From Parcubacteria group bacterium (lineage in GTDB: Bacteria; Patescibacteriota; Minisyncoccia; Moranbacterales; UBA9337), in contig JBAZSW010000005.1 of assembly GCA_041662245.1 (NCBI GenBank), positions 57,837-121,836 on the forward strand: DNA of 64,000 nucleotides, read 5' to 3'. The translations under genes were made by a program, and so were the position numbers. Of this stretch, positions 37,139 to 46,371 are shown piece after piece; positions within the stretch are counted from its first letter, which is position 1, and each line of letters starts with the position of its first letter. The notes under the pieces were generated by a model. That model was given only the letters and a program-made list of their open reading frames with translations, was not told the DNA's origin and made no database searches.

Positions 37139-37321
37139 TTAACCAAAATCATGTCCACAGCCAGAACAATAAAATTTTGTTATCCTAAAGCTATGAAGTT
37201 TCATTTTTTGAGCAGCAACGGTTTCTCTGATAGGGTTTTTTTTAACGTTTTTAGATGTTTTACACTCGGGACATTGGGGGCAAACGTTTTGTTTATCAGC
37301 TGACTTTTCTAATTGATTCAT
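37139..37321 (-). CDS. Small zinc-ribbon protein (CPQCPEC ... CSGC)
   Basis: VCPQCPECKTSKNVKKN...FYCSGCGHDF. Confidence 0.45.
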   Translation of the reverse strand: MNQLEKSADKQNVCPQCPECKTSKNVKKNPIRETVAAQKMKLHSFRITKFYCSGCGHDFG

Positions 37322-37540
37322 ATTATCTCCCTTGTCTGAGGATTTAAAAGGTACTGCATTAGTTTATCTTTTGATTATATAAGATAATATAATTATATCA
37401 TATAGTCAAGCGTTAATTTCTTGAGTTCAAGTTTTAAAACATTGACAAAATCCTAAAAATATGATATTTTTGGAGGTCAATGTTTTTTTGACAATTAAAT
37501 AGAACGTATAAATATAAAACCCAAAATAGGAGGTGGGAAT

Positions 37541-38722
37541 ATGAAAAGAGCACAGTGCTTTATTTCAAAATATTCCCAGCTACTTAAGTTGGGGATGTGG
37601 ATAGGAATTATTTTCTGGGCCACTCAGTTGGGTGGTCAAGTTTGGAAAATTCATCAAGATAATAATCTTGTTCCGGAGCTCACTGCTTCGGAGAGAGAAA
37701 CTGTCAATAAGGAGTTGCTATCTTTTTATGAGAATCTTCTTTCTGTGGCTAAGTCCAAAGGTGAAAATTATGGTCCTAAGGATTATTTTATTGATCTTCG
37801 GTTGATCGAAAAGAAAACGGAAGAGATTCAACAAAAATATGCAATGGGGTCAATTTGGTCAAGATATGCTAGCGAATTGCAAAGTATGTCTATGCGTAAT
37901 ATTGAAAGACCAAACTCTAAATTTACTCACCAGCAGATTAGCGATGAGGCAAGGAAATATAGCGATGAATTAAAAAACGCAACATCAATTGAATTTCACG
38001 AGAAATTCAGATCAATGAGTTTCAGTGAAAAACAGGAGGCAGTAAAACAGTTTTGTCGCTTGAACCTTCCTAAATTGATAAGTTGGATTTTTATTCTCTA
38101 TGTGAGGGGGACACTTTTAGCTTGGTGTTTGTTTTCCTTGAGGATGTGTGAGCGAAAAGGAATTCTGGCTACGATACTGAGCGATAAAAAAAGGTTTGCG
38201 TTAGCAATGATTTTTTGGCCGTTCCTTTTGGCAAAATATCCTGCTAATGTAATTCGCGAGATTGTTGTTGAAGCTGAGCTTCGTAGAATCGGAAACTTTT
38301 TTCGGAGACTTACAACTGAAGAAAAAGAACTGGTTCGTCACGTGGCTCAAAGCAGAGGTTTCCTAGGGTGGATCAGACAGTTTCATAAAGATAATGTCTG
38401 TCTATTTCAGAGATCTTTTGCAATGGCTTTGGTGGCAGTTGCAATCGTTAACTTTGTCCATATCGAGGAGAGTAAGGCGGATGAAATAAATTCCATTAGG
38501 GCGGGGACATCCATTCAAATGGAAATTTCTCAAGATGATAATGCAGATTGTACGAGTCTTAAATCTAAGTTTTTTAAGACTGATGTGGACTATGCAATCT
38601 TTCTGGAAAAAAATCTTAATATTGTAACGCCTGCTGGTATTTCTGGGTTAGTAGTTTTTATGGAAAGGATCTTCCGAAAGCAGGAGTTTGTAAGAAAAAT
38701 AGATCATATTCCTATTTGCTAA
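37541..38722 (+). CDS. Hypothetical membrane-associated protein (393 aa)
   Basis: The RBS aggaggtgggaat precedes the ATG. Contains TM segments. The region is GC-enriched. Confidence 0.5.
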   Translation: MKRAQCFISKYSQLLKLGMWIGIIFWATQLGGQVWKIHQDNNLVPELTASERETVNKELLSFYENLLSVAKSKGENYGPKDYFIDLRLIEKKTEEIQQKYAMGSIWSRYASELQSMSMRNIERPNSKFTHQQISDEARKYSDELKNATSIEFHEKFRSMSFSEKQEAVKQFCRLNLPKLISWIFILYVRGTLLAWCLFSLRMCERKGILATILSDKKRFALAMIFWPFLLAKYPANVIREIVVEAELRRIGNFFRRLTTEEKELVRHVAQSRGFLGWIRQFHKDNVCLFQRSFAMALVAVAIVNFVHIEESKADEINSIRAGTSIQMEISQDDNADCTSLKSKFFKTDVDYAIFLEKNLNIVTPAGISGLVVFMERIFRKQEFVRKIDHIPIC

Positions 38723-38781
38723 TTTTATTGACCGGCTGTCACTGGAGTTAATAAAATTACTAAGCAAATAAGGAGAAAGCT

Positions 38782-39423
38782 ATGTTTAAGAAAAATACTT
38801 GGATAATCGTCGTTGTTGTCAGCATGCTCTTGTCTTCAGAAATGGCGTTGGCAGGAAATGGAAGTATTGTCATGCGAACAAATCTGATTGACCCATCTCA
38901 CCAAGAAAGTTATTTCAGCAATGATATTAATTTTTATCTTACGGTGAGTGAAAAACTTAGTTTCGGATTTGAAACCAGTTTTTCTCCCAAGAGTGATTAT
39001 CTCAAGGTTAAACCTTTTGCAACTTGGGCAGTTGATAAGAGTTGGAGCTTGATTGGAGGATTTTCTTCCGATAGCTCTGATCATGAATATGTCCTAGGAG
39101 GTCTCAGTTATTTTAAGAGACTTAGCGAGAGTAACAGCATTTATATTTCCGCATGTTATTATGTGGGGACAAACGAAGGGTCAAGCGACTATGTTGATTC
39201 TTTTGCTGAAGTAAAGCATAACTTCGGCAATGGTTTTGCTCTGGCAATTGAAGTCATTTATGATTATTGGCCAAGCGAGGGAAATAATTGGATGCTGATT
39301 GGTCCAGTTCTTCACTACGCCGTTAGTGATAAAGTTGATCTCTTTGTAAGGGTCGCAGGTGAAAACAATCTGGAGCAATGGAATTCTATTGATTTCCGGA
39401 TTGGAGCGACCTATTCGTTCTAG
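38782..39423 (+). CDS. Outer-membrane-protein-like beta-barrel protein (OmpW/OmpA-like small barrel) with a signal peptide and a C-terminal aromatic beta-signal
   Basis: Signal peptide ...MALA|GNG. Alternating amphipathic strands. C-terminal FRIGATYSF (hydrophobic at -9, -7, -5, -3; terminal Phe). Confidence 0.55.
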   Translation: MFKKNTWIIVVVVSMLLSSEMALAGNGSIVMRTNLIDPSHQESYFSNDINFYLTVSEKLSFGFETSFSPKSDYLKVKPFATWAVDKSWSLIGGFSSDSSDHEYVLGGLSYFKRLSESNSIYISACYYVGTNEGSSDYVDSFAEVKHNFGNGFALAIEVIYDYWPSEGNNWMLIGPVLHYAVSDKVDLFVRVAGENNLEQWNSIDFRIGATYSF

Positions 39424-39433
39424 TTCTTTGTGA

Positions 39434-39472
39434 AAAGCAGGAAGTTGTATCTTACAATTTTCTGCTTTTTTG
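39434..39472 (+). terminator. Rho-independent terminator
   Basis: aaaagcagga...ttctgctttttt. Confidence 0.6.
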
Positions 39473-39513
39473 TGCTAAAATCAAGATAGAGCAATACTTT
39501 TTTAATACTATTT

Positions 39514-39609
39514 ATGGAAAAAACAATAAATATTTTTGGAGATAGCATCGCTTGGGGTGCATATGATGATAATGGTGATCGGGTAAATAGACTAAAAAAA
39601 TTAAATTAA
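39514..39609 (+). pseudogene. Truncated SGNH/GDSL hydrolase gene fragment (N-terminal 31 codons only)
   Basis: MEKTINIFGDSIAWGAYDDNGDRV... carries the GDS(L) catalytic motif, then stops. Confidence 0.4.
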
Positions 39610-39697
39610 AAAATAGTAATTTACTTCCACACTTCAAAGCGTAGCAGTAAAATGCAATTAAATAAATTTTTAAATAATTGAGACTAATAAAAAAAAT

Positions 39698-39988
39698 ATG
39701 AATCAGCCCAATCAAAATCAACAAGTCCAAATCAAAGCGACGGATGAAAAATTAAAAGGTGAGTATTCTAATGCGATGCAAATACTTCATACTAAAGAAG
39801 AATTTGTTTTGGATTTTTTAAATATTTTTCCACCGACGGGAACTTTAAATTCAAGAATGATTCTTTCTCCGGGACATTTCAAAAGAATGATAAAAGCGAT
39901 GGAAGAAAATTTAAAAAAATACGAAGAGCAATTTGGAAAAATCGAAATAGCCACTGAACCCAAGAATGAGATAGGATTTAGAGGATAG
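39698..39988 (+). CDS. Hypothetical small protein (DUF3467-like)
   Basis: 96-aa ORF with an N-terminal QN-rich segment. Confidence 0.4.
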   Translation: MNQPNQNQQVQIKATDEKLKGEYSNAMQILHTKEEFVLDFLNIFPPTGTLNSRMILSPGHFKRMIKAMEENLKKYEEQFGKIEIATEPKNEIGFRG

Positions 39989-40223
39989 CATATGGAGTAC
40001 CATATGAATTTCCAATTTCCAATTCTCAATTTCCAATCAATGGTCAATGTTTTAATTTTAAAAAAAGAACTTGATTTCTTAATATTTTTTTAACTTCTTT
40101 TTGAGCAGGGAGTTTTTTTTGTTGAGATATCGATAAGTATAAATTAAAGGTAACGTTAAAAATTGAAGAAAATAAAAAAAGCGGATTCTTGTCGTAGGTT
40201 CACGATGAATCCGTTTTTGCAAT

Positions 40224-40658
40224 TTAGTTCTTTTTTATTTTTTCTATTTTATAATCATTGAAATGAATTCCAGATAAAATCAATCCAACTATAAATAAGA
40301 AGGGGGATAATATTATTCCGTAGCGCACTTTAATCGCGACAATAATTGCTATGATGCAACAGAGAAGTGCCATCATCCCAAGAAAAATTCTTTTTATTTC
40401 TGACATAATATTTAGAGTATGATTTTTGGAGAATTTTTTTTCTTGGATTATTTTGTCTATTCGAGGAGTGTGAATGTAAACAGCCAAAGAAAAAGATCCT
40501 GTTATGGAAAAAATAACAAAAAAGATAAATCCGTAAGAAGCTCCGAAAACTAAAGTAATTGCACCTAGATAGCAGATAATAGCTGTTATTAAAAGGGTAG
40601 GATTATTTGTTTTTGGAAAGACATTCGTTTCGATTTTAATTATATTTTTAAATGACAT
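40224..40658 (-). CDS. Hypothetical membrane protein (4 TM helices)
   Basis: Hydrophobic ORF. Confidence 0.45.
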   Translation of the reverse strand: MSFKNIIKIETNVFPKTNNPTLLITAIICYLGAITLVFGASYGFIFFVIFSITGSFSLAVYIHTPRIDKIIQEKKFSKNHTLNIMSEIKRIFLGMMALLCCIIAIIVAIKVRYGIILSPFLFIVGLILSGIHFNDYKIEKIKKN

Positions 40659-40764
40659 AATTTCCCCCTAGAAATATTTTTAAATATCAAAGTAAAAAGA
40701 ACTGATTCTATTTTGTTATAACAAACAAAAATTTTATTGTCAAAAAATATTTTTAAAAAATTTA

Positions 40765-40802
40765 CAAAAAACTATTGTACAAATTTTTTATTGTTGTATA
40801 AT
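40765..40802 (+). promoter_or_regulatory. Promoter copy 1 (TTGTAC-16-TATAAT) within a 38-bp direct repeat
   Basis: acaaaaaactattgtacaaattttttattgttgtataat, repeated exactly 94 bp downstream. Confidence 0.55.
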
Positions 40803-40858
40803 AAAAGTAAATAAAAATATTTTACAAAAATAATTTTAGAAAAAAATAAAATTTTTTC

Positions 40859-40895
40859 AAAAAACTATTGTACAAATTTTTTATTGTTGTATAAT
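40859..40895 (+). promoter_or_regulatory. Promoter copy 2 (TTGTAC-16-TATAAT)
   Basis: Identical 38-bp repeat about 100 nt upstream of the Lys/Ala-rich small gene. Confidence 0.55.
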
Positions 40896-40994
40896 TATTA
40901 TATGACGAAATAATATGTGAGAAGTGGTCGAGCTTCTCAGTTAAAAATAAAAAATAATCCAGTGAGAAATTGCTGGCTAGCCTAAAATAAAAAA

Positions 40995-41150
40995 ATGGCA
41001 ACAAAGAAAAAAGCTGTTAAAAAAGTAGCTAAGAAAAAAGTAGCTAAGAAAACAGTTAAAAAAGCTGTAAAAAAAGTAGCTAAGAAAACAGTTAAAAAAG
41101 CTGTAAAAAAAGTAGCTAAGAAAACAGTTAAAAAAGCAAAAAGGAAATAA
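40995..41150 (+). CDS. Histone H1-like Lys/Ala-rich repetitive basic protein (51 aa, AVKKVAKKTVKK repeats); absent from the ORF track
   Basis: Translation is MATKKKAVKKVAKKKVAKKTVKKAVKKVAKKTVKKAVKKVAKKTVKKAKRK*. The underlying 36-nt DNA repeat occurs 3 times. A terminator lies immediately downstream. The annotated antisense ORF 40982-41173 is its shadow. Confidence 0.55.
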   Translation: MATKKKAVKKVAKKKVAKKTVKKAVKKVAKKTVKKAVKKVAKKTVKKAKRK

Positions 41151-41163
41151 AGACAAAAATTAG

Positions 41164-41203
41164 ATGACCACACTTCAAAAGATAGATGTGGTCATCTTTT
41201 TTT
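41164..41203 (+). terminator. Rho-independent terminator
   Basis: gatgaccacac ttcaaaagata gatgtggtcatc tttttttt. Confidence 0.8.
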
Positions 41204-41228
41204 TGTGAATTATTTTTATAATTAAAAA

Positions 41229-41266
41229 AAATAAAAAACGGAAAGCGTGAGAAGCCTTTCCGTTGG
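41229..41266 (-). terminator. Rho-independent terminator for the minus-strand gene 41289-41672 (functional in both directions)
   Basis: aacggaaag cgtgagaagc ctttccgtt with a T-run on the minus strand. Confidence 0.65.
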
Positions 41267-41288
41267 TAATATGTATTACGGCGTTTTA

Positions 41289-41672
41289 TTATTTTCTGCT
41301 GTATTTTTGTAACGCTCTAGAAATATCATCAAGCGCAATGGATTCTTTTTTTATCTCTTCGAATATATTTCTGTAATTGTTTAAGGAAGTTTCCTTAATC
41401 AATAGTTCTCTTTTTAATTGGTCAATCATTTCTAGCGCCGACTTGAGACTTAGTTGAAGAGCAATAATACGCTCTCTGTCGTTAACTAAATCGTCTAAGG
41501 TAAATTCTGTGAGAGAATATAAAAATTTTTCTGTACCTATTTCCGTTAATTCATTTTTCGAAAGTGACTTTTCTTGTTGGGAAAGGGCTGATCCTTTTAG
41601 GGAGGAAATCATCACCTTTAGTTCTCCTAGTAATGAAACTTCTAGTGGCAAACTGCTTGTTGTTTCAACCAT
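41289..41672 (-). CDS. Hypothetical coiled-coil protein (127 aa)
   Basis: ORF with heptad-like charge pattern. Confidence 0.45.
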   Translation of the reverse strand: MVETTSSLPLEVSLLGELKVMISSLKGSALSQQEKSLSKNELTEIGTEKFLYSLTEFTLDDLVNDRERIIALQLSLKSALEMIDQLKRELLIKETSLNNYRNIFEEIKKESIALDDISRALQKYSRK

Positions 41673-41855
41673 TTCAAATCTCCTTATGAAAATAAAATTA
41701 ATTGAGTTAGGGGCATTAAGTTACTATGTTAAATTTAGTAGTTTATTATGATTTAGTCAATTATTTCTATTTTGACATAAGGACTTATTTTTAGTACTAT
41801 ATATAGAGTAAAAACAAAAATAATTCTTTAGATAAGAAGCCTCGAATAGTTTTGC

Positions 41856-42959
41856 TTGGGGTTTGTTTGTATGTTTAAAAAAATTAGAAACTTTTATAGA
41901 AAAATAACAGGAAAAATATTTGGAAATTTTTCTAAAGATATTGGAATTGATCTAGGGACAGCTAACACTTTGGTATATGTAAGCGGAAAAGGAATTGTAA
42001 TTAATGAGCCTAGTGTCGTAGCTATAAATAAAAAAACAGGACAAATTTTGGCTATTGGAAAAAAAGCCAAACAAATGGTGGGTAAAACTCCTAGCCATAT
42101 TGTCGCCACTCGTCCGTTGGTAAATGGTGTAGTAAGTGATTTTGAAGTGACTGAACAAATGCTCCGATACTTTATCGATAAGGTTCATCAAGATTCTTTT
42201 TCGATTATGCCTCGACCAAGAGTATTGATCGGGATTCCTTCAGAAGTTACTGAGGTAGAAAAAAGAGCGGTAATCGATGCGGCTATTAGCGCAGGGGCGA
42301 GAGAGGCTTATATTATTGATGAACCAATGGCAGCCGCTATTGGAGCTCATCTACCAGTGACAACAGCCGCTGGAAATATGATTGTAGATATCGGAGGAGG
42401 AACTTCCGAAATCGCAGTTATTTCTTTGGGAGGAGTAGTTGCTTCAAGAAGTTTGCGAATTGCGGGAGATGAAATGAATGAAGATATTATTAGATATTGT
42501 CGAGACGAATTTAATCTATTAGTAGGAGAGAGAACAGCAGAGGAGGTAAAGATTGCTATCGGGAGCGCTTATCCACAAGAAAAAAAATTGACTATGGCAA
42601 TACGGGGAAGAGATTTAGTGAGTGGACTTCCCAAAGAATTAAAAATTAATGATGAACAGGCTCGAGAAGCGATTTCTCGTTCGATAAGAATAATCGTTAA
42701 TAATATCAAAACTATTATTGAAGATACGCCACCAGAATTAATTGCCGACATTATGCAACGAGGAATAATTTTGGCTGGAGGTGGTAGTCTGATAAGAGGG
42801 TTGGATAAGCTAATTGCTAATCAAACAGGGATATCGGTGCGCACTATGGAAGATCCGTTAACAGCTGTAGTAAGAGGAACAGGAATAGTTTTGGAAGATT
42901 TGGAATCGCTCAAAGAAGTTTTAGCTGCTAATCAATATGATGATAGTCCTTTAAGATAA
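41856..42959 (+). CDS. mreB: Rod shape-determining protein MreB (actin-like ATPase)
   Basis: IGIDLGTANTLVYV, DIGGGTSE and LAGGGSLIRGLD motifs. Confidence 0.95.
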   Translation: MGFVCMFKKIRNFYRKITGKIFGNFSKDIGIDLGTANTLVYVSGKGIVINEPSVVAINKKTGQILAIGKKAKQMVGKTPSHIVATRPLVNGVVSDFEVTEQMLRYFIDKVHQDSFSIMPRPRVLIGIPSEVTEVEKRAVIDAAISAGAREAYIIDEPMAAAIGAHLPVTTAAGNMIVDIGGGTSEIAVISLGGVVASRSLRIAGDEMNEDIIRYCRDEFNLLVGERTAEEVKIAIGSAYPQEKKLTMAIRGRDLVSGLPKELKINDEQAREAISRSIRIIVNNIKTIIEDTPPELIADIMQRGIILAGGGSLIRGLDKLIANQTGISVRTMEDPLTAVVRGTGIVLEDLESLKEVLAANQYDDSPLR

Positions 42960-42986
42960 TATTCAACATATTATCTTTTTAAAAAA

Positions 42987-43805
42987 ATGCCTAAAAAATT
43001 TACTTCTCAAAAAATATTTAAAGTAATCGTGATTTGTGTTTTGGCGTTGGGGTTGATAATGTGGAATCCTTATAATTTTTCTGGTGGAATGAGAAGATTT
43101 TTTTTGGGAATTACTTTGCCAATTCAAAAAATATTTTCTTTGGGAGCAGATAAGATACATTCTTTTGGTGAGGCCATTTCTTCTATCGGAAAAATAAAGA
43201 GTGAAAATAAACATTTATTTGAAGAAAATTTGAAATTGAGGGCCGAAAATGTTAATTTGGCGGATGTGATGAAAGAGAATAATGACTTGCGTAGCCAGTT
43301 AAATATTTTACCTAGAGATAAATTTAATCTGGAGGCAACTCATATCATTGGAAGGGATACTTATGATAGCAATAGTTGGATTTTAATTGATAAAGGCATT
43401 TCTGATGGAGTAGGAAAAGGCATGCCCGTAATTGTTTCAGAAGGAATTTTGGTAGGAAAAGTTGAGGAGTCTTTTGATTCTACAGCTAAAATTATTTTTA
43501 TCACAGACAAATCAATGAATGTTAATGTAGAAGCAGTTGAAACGGGAGCAATAGGGTCAGTGAAGGGAAATTATGGGTTAGGACTTATTATGGATTTGGT
43601 TTTACAGACAGACAATTTAAAAGTGGGAGATAAAGTAATTACCTCAGATATTAGTCAAAATATCCCTCGAGGTTTGCTGGTAGGAGAAATAAAAGAGATT
43701 AATTCAGCTAAAAACGATTTATTTCAACAAGCTATTATTTCTTCTCCAGTTGATTTTTCTAAATTGCGTTTTGTTTTTGTAATTAAGAATAGTAATAACC
43801 AATGA
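42987..43805 (+). CDS. mreC: Rod shape-determining protein MreC
   Basis: N-terminal TM, coiled-coil and beta-rich domain. Position after mreB. Confidence 0.8.
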   Translation: MPKKFTSQKIFKVIVICVLALGLIMWNPYNFSGGMRRFFLGITLPIQKIFSLGADKIHSFGEAISSIGKIKSENKHLFEENLKLRAENVNLADVMKENNDLRSQLNILPRDKFNLEATHIIGRDTYDSNSWILIDKGISDGVGKGMPVIVSEGILVGKVEESFDSTAKIIFITDKSMNVNVEAVETGAIGSVKGNYGLGLIMDLVLQTDNLKVGDKVITSDISQNIPRGLLVGEIKEINSAKNDLFQQAIISSPVDFSKLRFVFVIKNSNNQ

Positions 43806-44344
43806 AATTTTTTTTATTGAGGATTTGTATCATTTTTTTAATCATTTTTTTTCAGATAAATTTTTTGAATTTAATTTTTTCTGGAAATTATCTAATCAAT
43901 TTATCAATTTTGGCTGTAATCAGTTGGGTAATCACTTCTAGTTTTGAAAAAATATGGCCATGGATTATAGCATTGGGATTTTTTAATGATATATTTTTGG
44001 CACAAAAAATAGGATCTAATATTTTATTTTTTATCTTGTTAGCTTATCTAGTAAGTTTTATTTCCAAAAGATTTATAATTGAAAGACATTTTTCTGGATT
44101 TTTGTTGGTGATAGTTTTTATTTTGATAGGAAATTTTGGAGGAAGTATTTTTAACTTTTTGTTTGTCAGTCATGATATTCTTGGAGAGTTTTGGCTTTAT
44201 CTAAAAAGCTATTTTATAAATTGGGAGAGTCTTGCTCTGGTAAATATCTTCTCGGGAATTTGTTTTTATCTAGTTTATGTGTCGATAAATAGAGTGGAAA
44301 AATATATAGCCAAAAGTGAAAGTCGATTAAATATTTCTCTTTAG
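43802..44344 (+). CDS. mreD: Rod shape-determining protein MreD (polytopic membrane)
   Basis: Hydrophobic, overlaps the mreC stop, upstream of mrdA. Confidence 0.65.
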   Translation: MKFFLLRICIIFLIIFFQINFLNLIFSGNYLINLSILAVISWVITSSFEKIWPWIIALGFFNDIFLAQKIGSNILFFILLAYLVSFISKRFIIERHFSGFLLVIVFILIGNFGGSIFNFLFVSHDILGEFWLYLKSYFINWESLALVNIFSGICFYLVYVSINRVEKYIAKSESRLNISL

Positions 44345-44391
44345 GGATTAATTAAATAGAAAAGATGTAGAATATTTTAGATAGCTAACTT

Positions 44392-46263
44392 ATGCGATTT
44401 TATGCCAAAAAATATAAATTAAAGATGTCCAAAGAAATCGACGAGATAGCCGATACGGTTTTATTGAGTGGTTCGGAAGTGGCTAGAATAGAAATTCCTT
44501 TTAATAAATCTTTATTAAATATTTTTTGGTTTTTTATAGTTTTGACCCTGACGCTTCTTTTTAGTAGAACTGCTTATCTCGCTATTGCTAAGGGAGAGCA
44601 TTATCAGGCGGTAGCTAAGGAAAATAGATTGAGAGTAAGTTATGTGACAGCTCCAAGAGGAAAAATATTTGATCGATTTGGTAATACGTTAGTTTATAAT
44701 ATTCCTAGTTTGGATTTAATTATTGATGCGCGAGGGCTAGATAAGGAATTTAATTTTTCTTCAGAAACATTGGATGAAATTAAAAAAATATTTCCCAATA
44801 GATTTGGAGAAATTTTTGAAAATTTAAAAAATAAAAATGAAGATGACAAATTTATTTTACTTTTAAAAAATATTAGTCAAAAGGAAGCTTTGCTAGTAAC
44901 AGAGAACTATCAAAAACTTCCGGGAGTGCAAGTTACTAAAACAGCTATTCGAGATTACACCGATAGTTTAATTTTTTCTAACATTATCGGCTATGAAGGA
45001 AAGATAAAGAAAGAGGAATTGATTGATAATCCGGATTATCTAATGACGGATTCAATTGGAAAAAAAGGATTGGAAAAATATTATGAAAAGAACCTGCGAG
45101 GAATACCGGGTAAAACCAACGTAGAAGTCGACTCAATGGGGCACGTGGTCAGAGAATTAGGAGCAACTAACCCTGTGCCGGGGGGAGATTTAATTTTAAA
45201 TATTGATAGTCAACTGCAGAAAAAAATATTTGATAGCTTGTCAGGAATGCTTGAGAAAGAAGGATTAAAGGCGGGAGCTGCCTTAGCATTGGATCCGAGA
45301 AATGGAGCAGTGTTAGCTATGGTGAGTGTGCCTAGCTTTGATAATAATTTATTTGCTCAAGGAATTTCTAATGATGATTATTCTAAATTACTGAATGATG
45401 AAAATAAACCAATGTTCAATAGAGCTATTTCGGGTGAATATGCTCCAGGGTCAACTTTTAAGCCTATGATGGCCTCAGCGGCTTTAACGGAAGGAGTTAT
45501 TAATGAGAATACTCAAATAGAAAGTAGGGGAAGTATCAACGTGGGAGGATGGTCTTTTGGAGATTGGAAAGCTCATGGATTTACCGATGTGAGAAGAGCT
45601 ATCGCTGTTTCTAGTGATGTATTTTTTTATTCGATAGGAGGTGGATATGGCGGTGTGCGAGGAATGGGAATTAGTAATATAAAAAAGTATGCTAATTTAT
45701 TTGGATATGGAGAAGCTTCAGGAATTGATACTACCGGAGAGGTAGCTGGATTTATCCCAACAGAAGAATGGAAAGAAAAAACTTTTGGAGAGAAGTGGTT
45801 TGTAGGAAACACTTATCATGCCTCTATCGGACAAGGTTATATAACAGCTACGCCACTTCAAATAGCTAATAGTGTGGCAGTAGTAGCCAATGGCGGAACA
45901 TTATATCGACCAAGATTAGTTTCTCAAATTAAAGAAACTGATAAAACGATTTACAATAAAGCAGAGATAATAAGATCAAGTTTTATTAAATCTGATATTT
46001 TGAAAGTTGTAAGAGAAGGAATGCGGATGACTGTGACAGAAGGGACTGCTCAGTTACTTAAAGATTTGCCTGTGGAAGCAGCGGGAAAAACGGGAACTGC
46101 CCAATTTGGTAGTGAAAAAAAGACTCATGGTTGGTTTGTGTCTTTTGCTCCTTATCAAAATCCGGAAATTGTATTAGTCATCCTTGTGGAAGGGCAAAAA
46201 GAAGAAGGCTACAATGCGGTGCCAGTTACGAATGAGGTTTACAATTGGTATTTTTCAAGGTAA
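44392..46263 (+). CDS. mrdA: Penicillin-binding protein 2 (peptidoglycan D,D-transpeptidase)
   Basis: STFK (GSTFKPMMA), SSD (AVSSDVFF) and KTGT (AGKTGTAQ) active-site motifs, plus an N-terminal TM anchor. Confidence 0.9.
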   Translation: MRFYAKKYKLKMSKEIDEIADTVLLSGSEVARIEIPFNKSLLNIFWFFIVLTLTLLFSRTAYLAIAKGEHYQAVAKENRLRVSYVTAPRGKIFDRFGNTLVYNIPSLDLIIDARGLDKEFNFSSETLDEIKKIFPNRFGEIFENLKNKNEDDKFILLLKNISQKEALLVTENYQKLPGVQVTKTAIRDYTDSLIFSNIIGYEGKIKKEELIDNPDYLMTDSIGKKGLEKYYEKNLRGIPGKTNVEVDSMGHVVRELGATNPVPGGDLILNIDSQLQKKIFDSLSGMLEKEGLKAGAALALDPRNGAVLAMVSVPSFDNNLFAQGISNDDYSKLLNDENKPMFNRAISGEYAPGSTFKPMMASAALTEGVINENTQIESRGSINVGGWSFGDWKAHGFTDVRRAIAVSSDVFFYSIGGGYGGVRGMGISNIKKYANLFGYGEASGIDTTGEVAGFIPTEEWKEKTFGEKWFVGNTYHASIGQGYITATPLQIANSVAVVANGGTLYRPRLVSQIKETDKTIYNKAEIIRSSFIKSDILKVVREGMRMTVTEGTAQLLKDLPVEAAGKTGTAQFGSEKKTHGWFVSFAPYQNPEIVLVILVEGQKEEGYNAVPVTNEVYNWYFSR

Positions 46264-46371
46264 GCTAGAATAAATTAATAAATACAGGAATTAAATGTTT
46301 GAATAATATCTTTGGAAATTGATATTATATTATCTAAAACATGAAAGTTTTAAAGTTTTAAAAAATTATTT

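Noticed and set aside
40982-41173. Annotated minus-strand ORF MWSSNFCLYFLFAFLTVFLATFF...
   Set aside because: It is the antisense shadow of the Lys/Ala-repeat gene. The plus-strand reading has a start, a tandem promoter, a terminator and a biologically sensible repeat protein.
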